Assembly: GCA_951406725.2 (NCBI GenBank)
Contig: OX597822.1
Coordinates: 35,154,001 to 35,218,000 of the forward strand
Reading direction: 5' to 3'
DNA: 64,000 nucleotides
From: Octopus vulgaris
Lineage: Eukaryota
Positions 63,313 through 64,000 of this stretch are shown piece by piece. Position 1 is the first letter of the stretch. Every line of letters begins with the position of its first letter. The notes beneath the pieces were generated by a model that saw only the letters and a list, made by a program, of their open reading frames with translations, had not been told where the DNA came from and made no database searches. Position numbers and translations under genes: made by a program.

Positions 63313-64000
63313 ATTCTCAATTAGTTTGCTATGTGCATCGTCGGATTTGTATTTGTCTCTTTTATGTCTCCATAATCAAGCAGTTCGGTAAAAGAGCCAT
63401 TAGGAGAATTAACAGATTTAAATTATTCGCTGCTACCGATTTGTTCAACTAATCTCTTCAAAACGATATCCCTGCATAGTAAATAATAAACAAATACAAG
63501 AAAAGTATAATACCGTTGGGAATGCTGTAATAAGCTTTAAAATATCAGACTTCATAGTTTAAGAAAAATAAATCTATAATTCTTTGTAAATTTGAAGCTG
63601 AATGGATAAAGTCATGAAAGGGTTAAATATTTTACTCAAGGATTCCTTATTACATCGGTGACGGAATAAAAGGAGCAGTCTTTATGGTGAATACATTGAT
63701 AACTTATCAGCTTCCTACAACATGAATTAAGATAAGTGCCGGTGTTGATATCAGTCCTTTGGCAATTTCAATCCAGTTTAAGGGAAACCAGATGTAAACT
63801 TTCAAACTCACTAAAAATGCGTTTTAAGTCAGCTACAATAACGGCATTGAAACGCCATTGTCATGTCAAGGGAAGGGACCACAGTGTAAGAAATAATCTC
63901 CTAGCAATCTAAGTATATGATACGATTAATCGTGAATATGCTGCACAAGTACATAGGGAAGGCACTTCACATTGCTATCAAAATTGAATTTTGGAATTGG

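Overview
AT-rich, microsatellite-laden eukaryotic (animal) genomic DNA with no confidently identifiable host gene. The repeat repertoire resembles that of octopus/cephalopod genomes; this is an inference from remembered repeat sequences and was not checked. Almost all ORFs in the track are microsatellite or SINE artefacts. Real content: (i) three tRNA-derived SINE groups, labelled here A (CORE-like), B (often multimeric) and C (one head, three tails); (ii) three R4/Dong-type restriction-endonuclease LINE 3' fragments, each ending in (TAA)n; (iii) a CR1-type LINE 3' fragment with an open frame whose 3' UTR matches the SINE A tail; (iv) RTE fragments; (v) a full-length but dead DD34D mariner and a mariner MITE; (vi) six non-autonomous Helitrons; (vii) two Penelope-like GIY-YIG remnants. 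The most interesting signal is a set of hammerhead ribozyme motifs in Penelope-type pseudo-LTR repeats. Three copies have a perfect catalytic core (22447-22539 +, 61445-61537 -, 61852-61944 +), each with a second GUC-GAGAG site 93 nt upstream of the canonical one. Several degenerate hammerheads belong to unrelated families.
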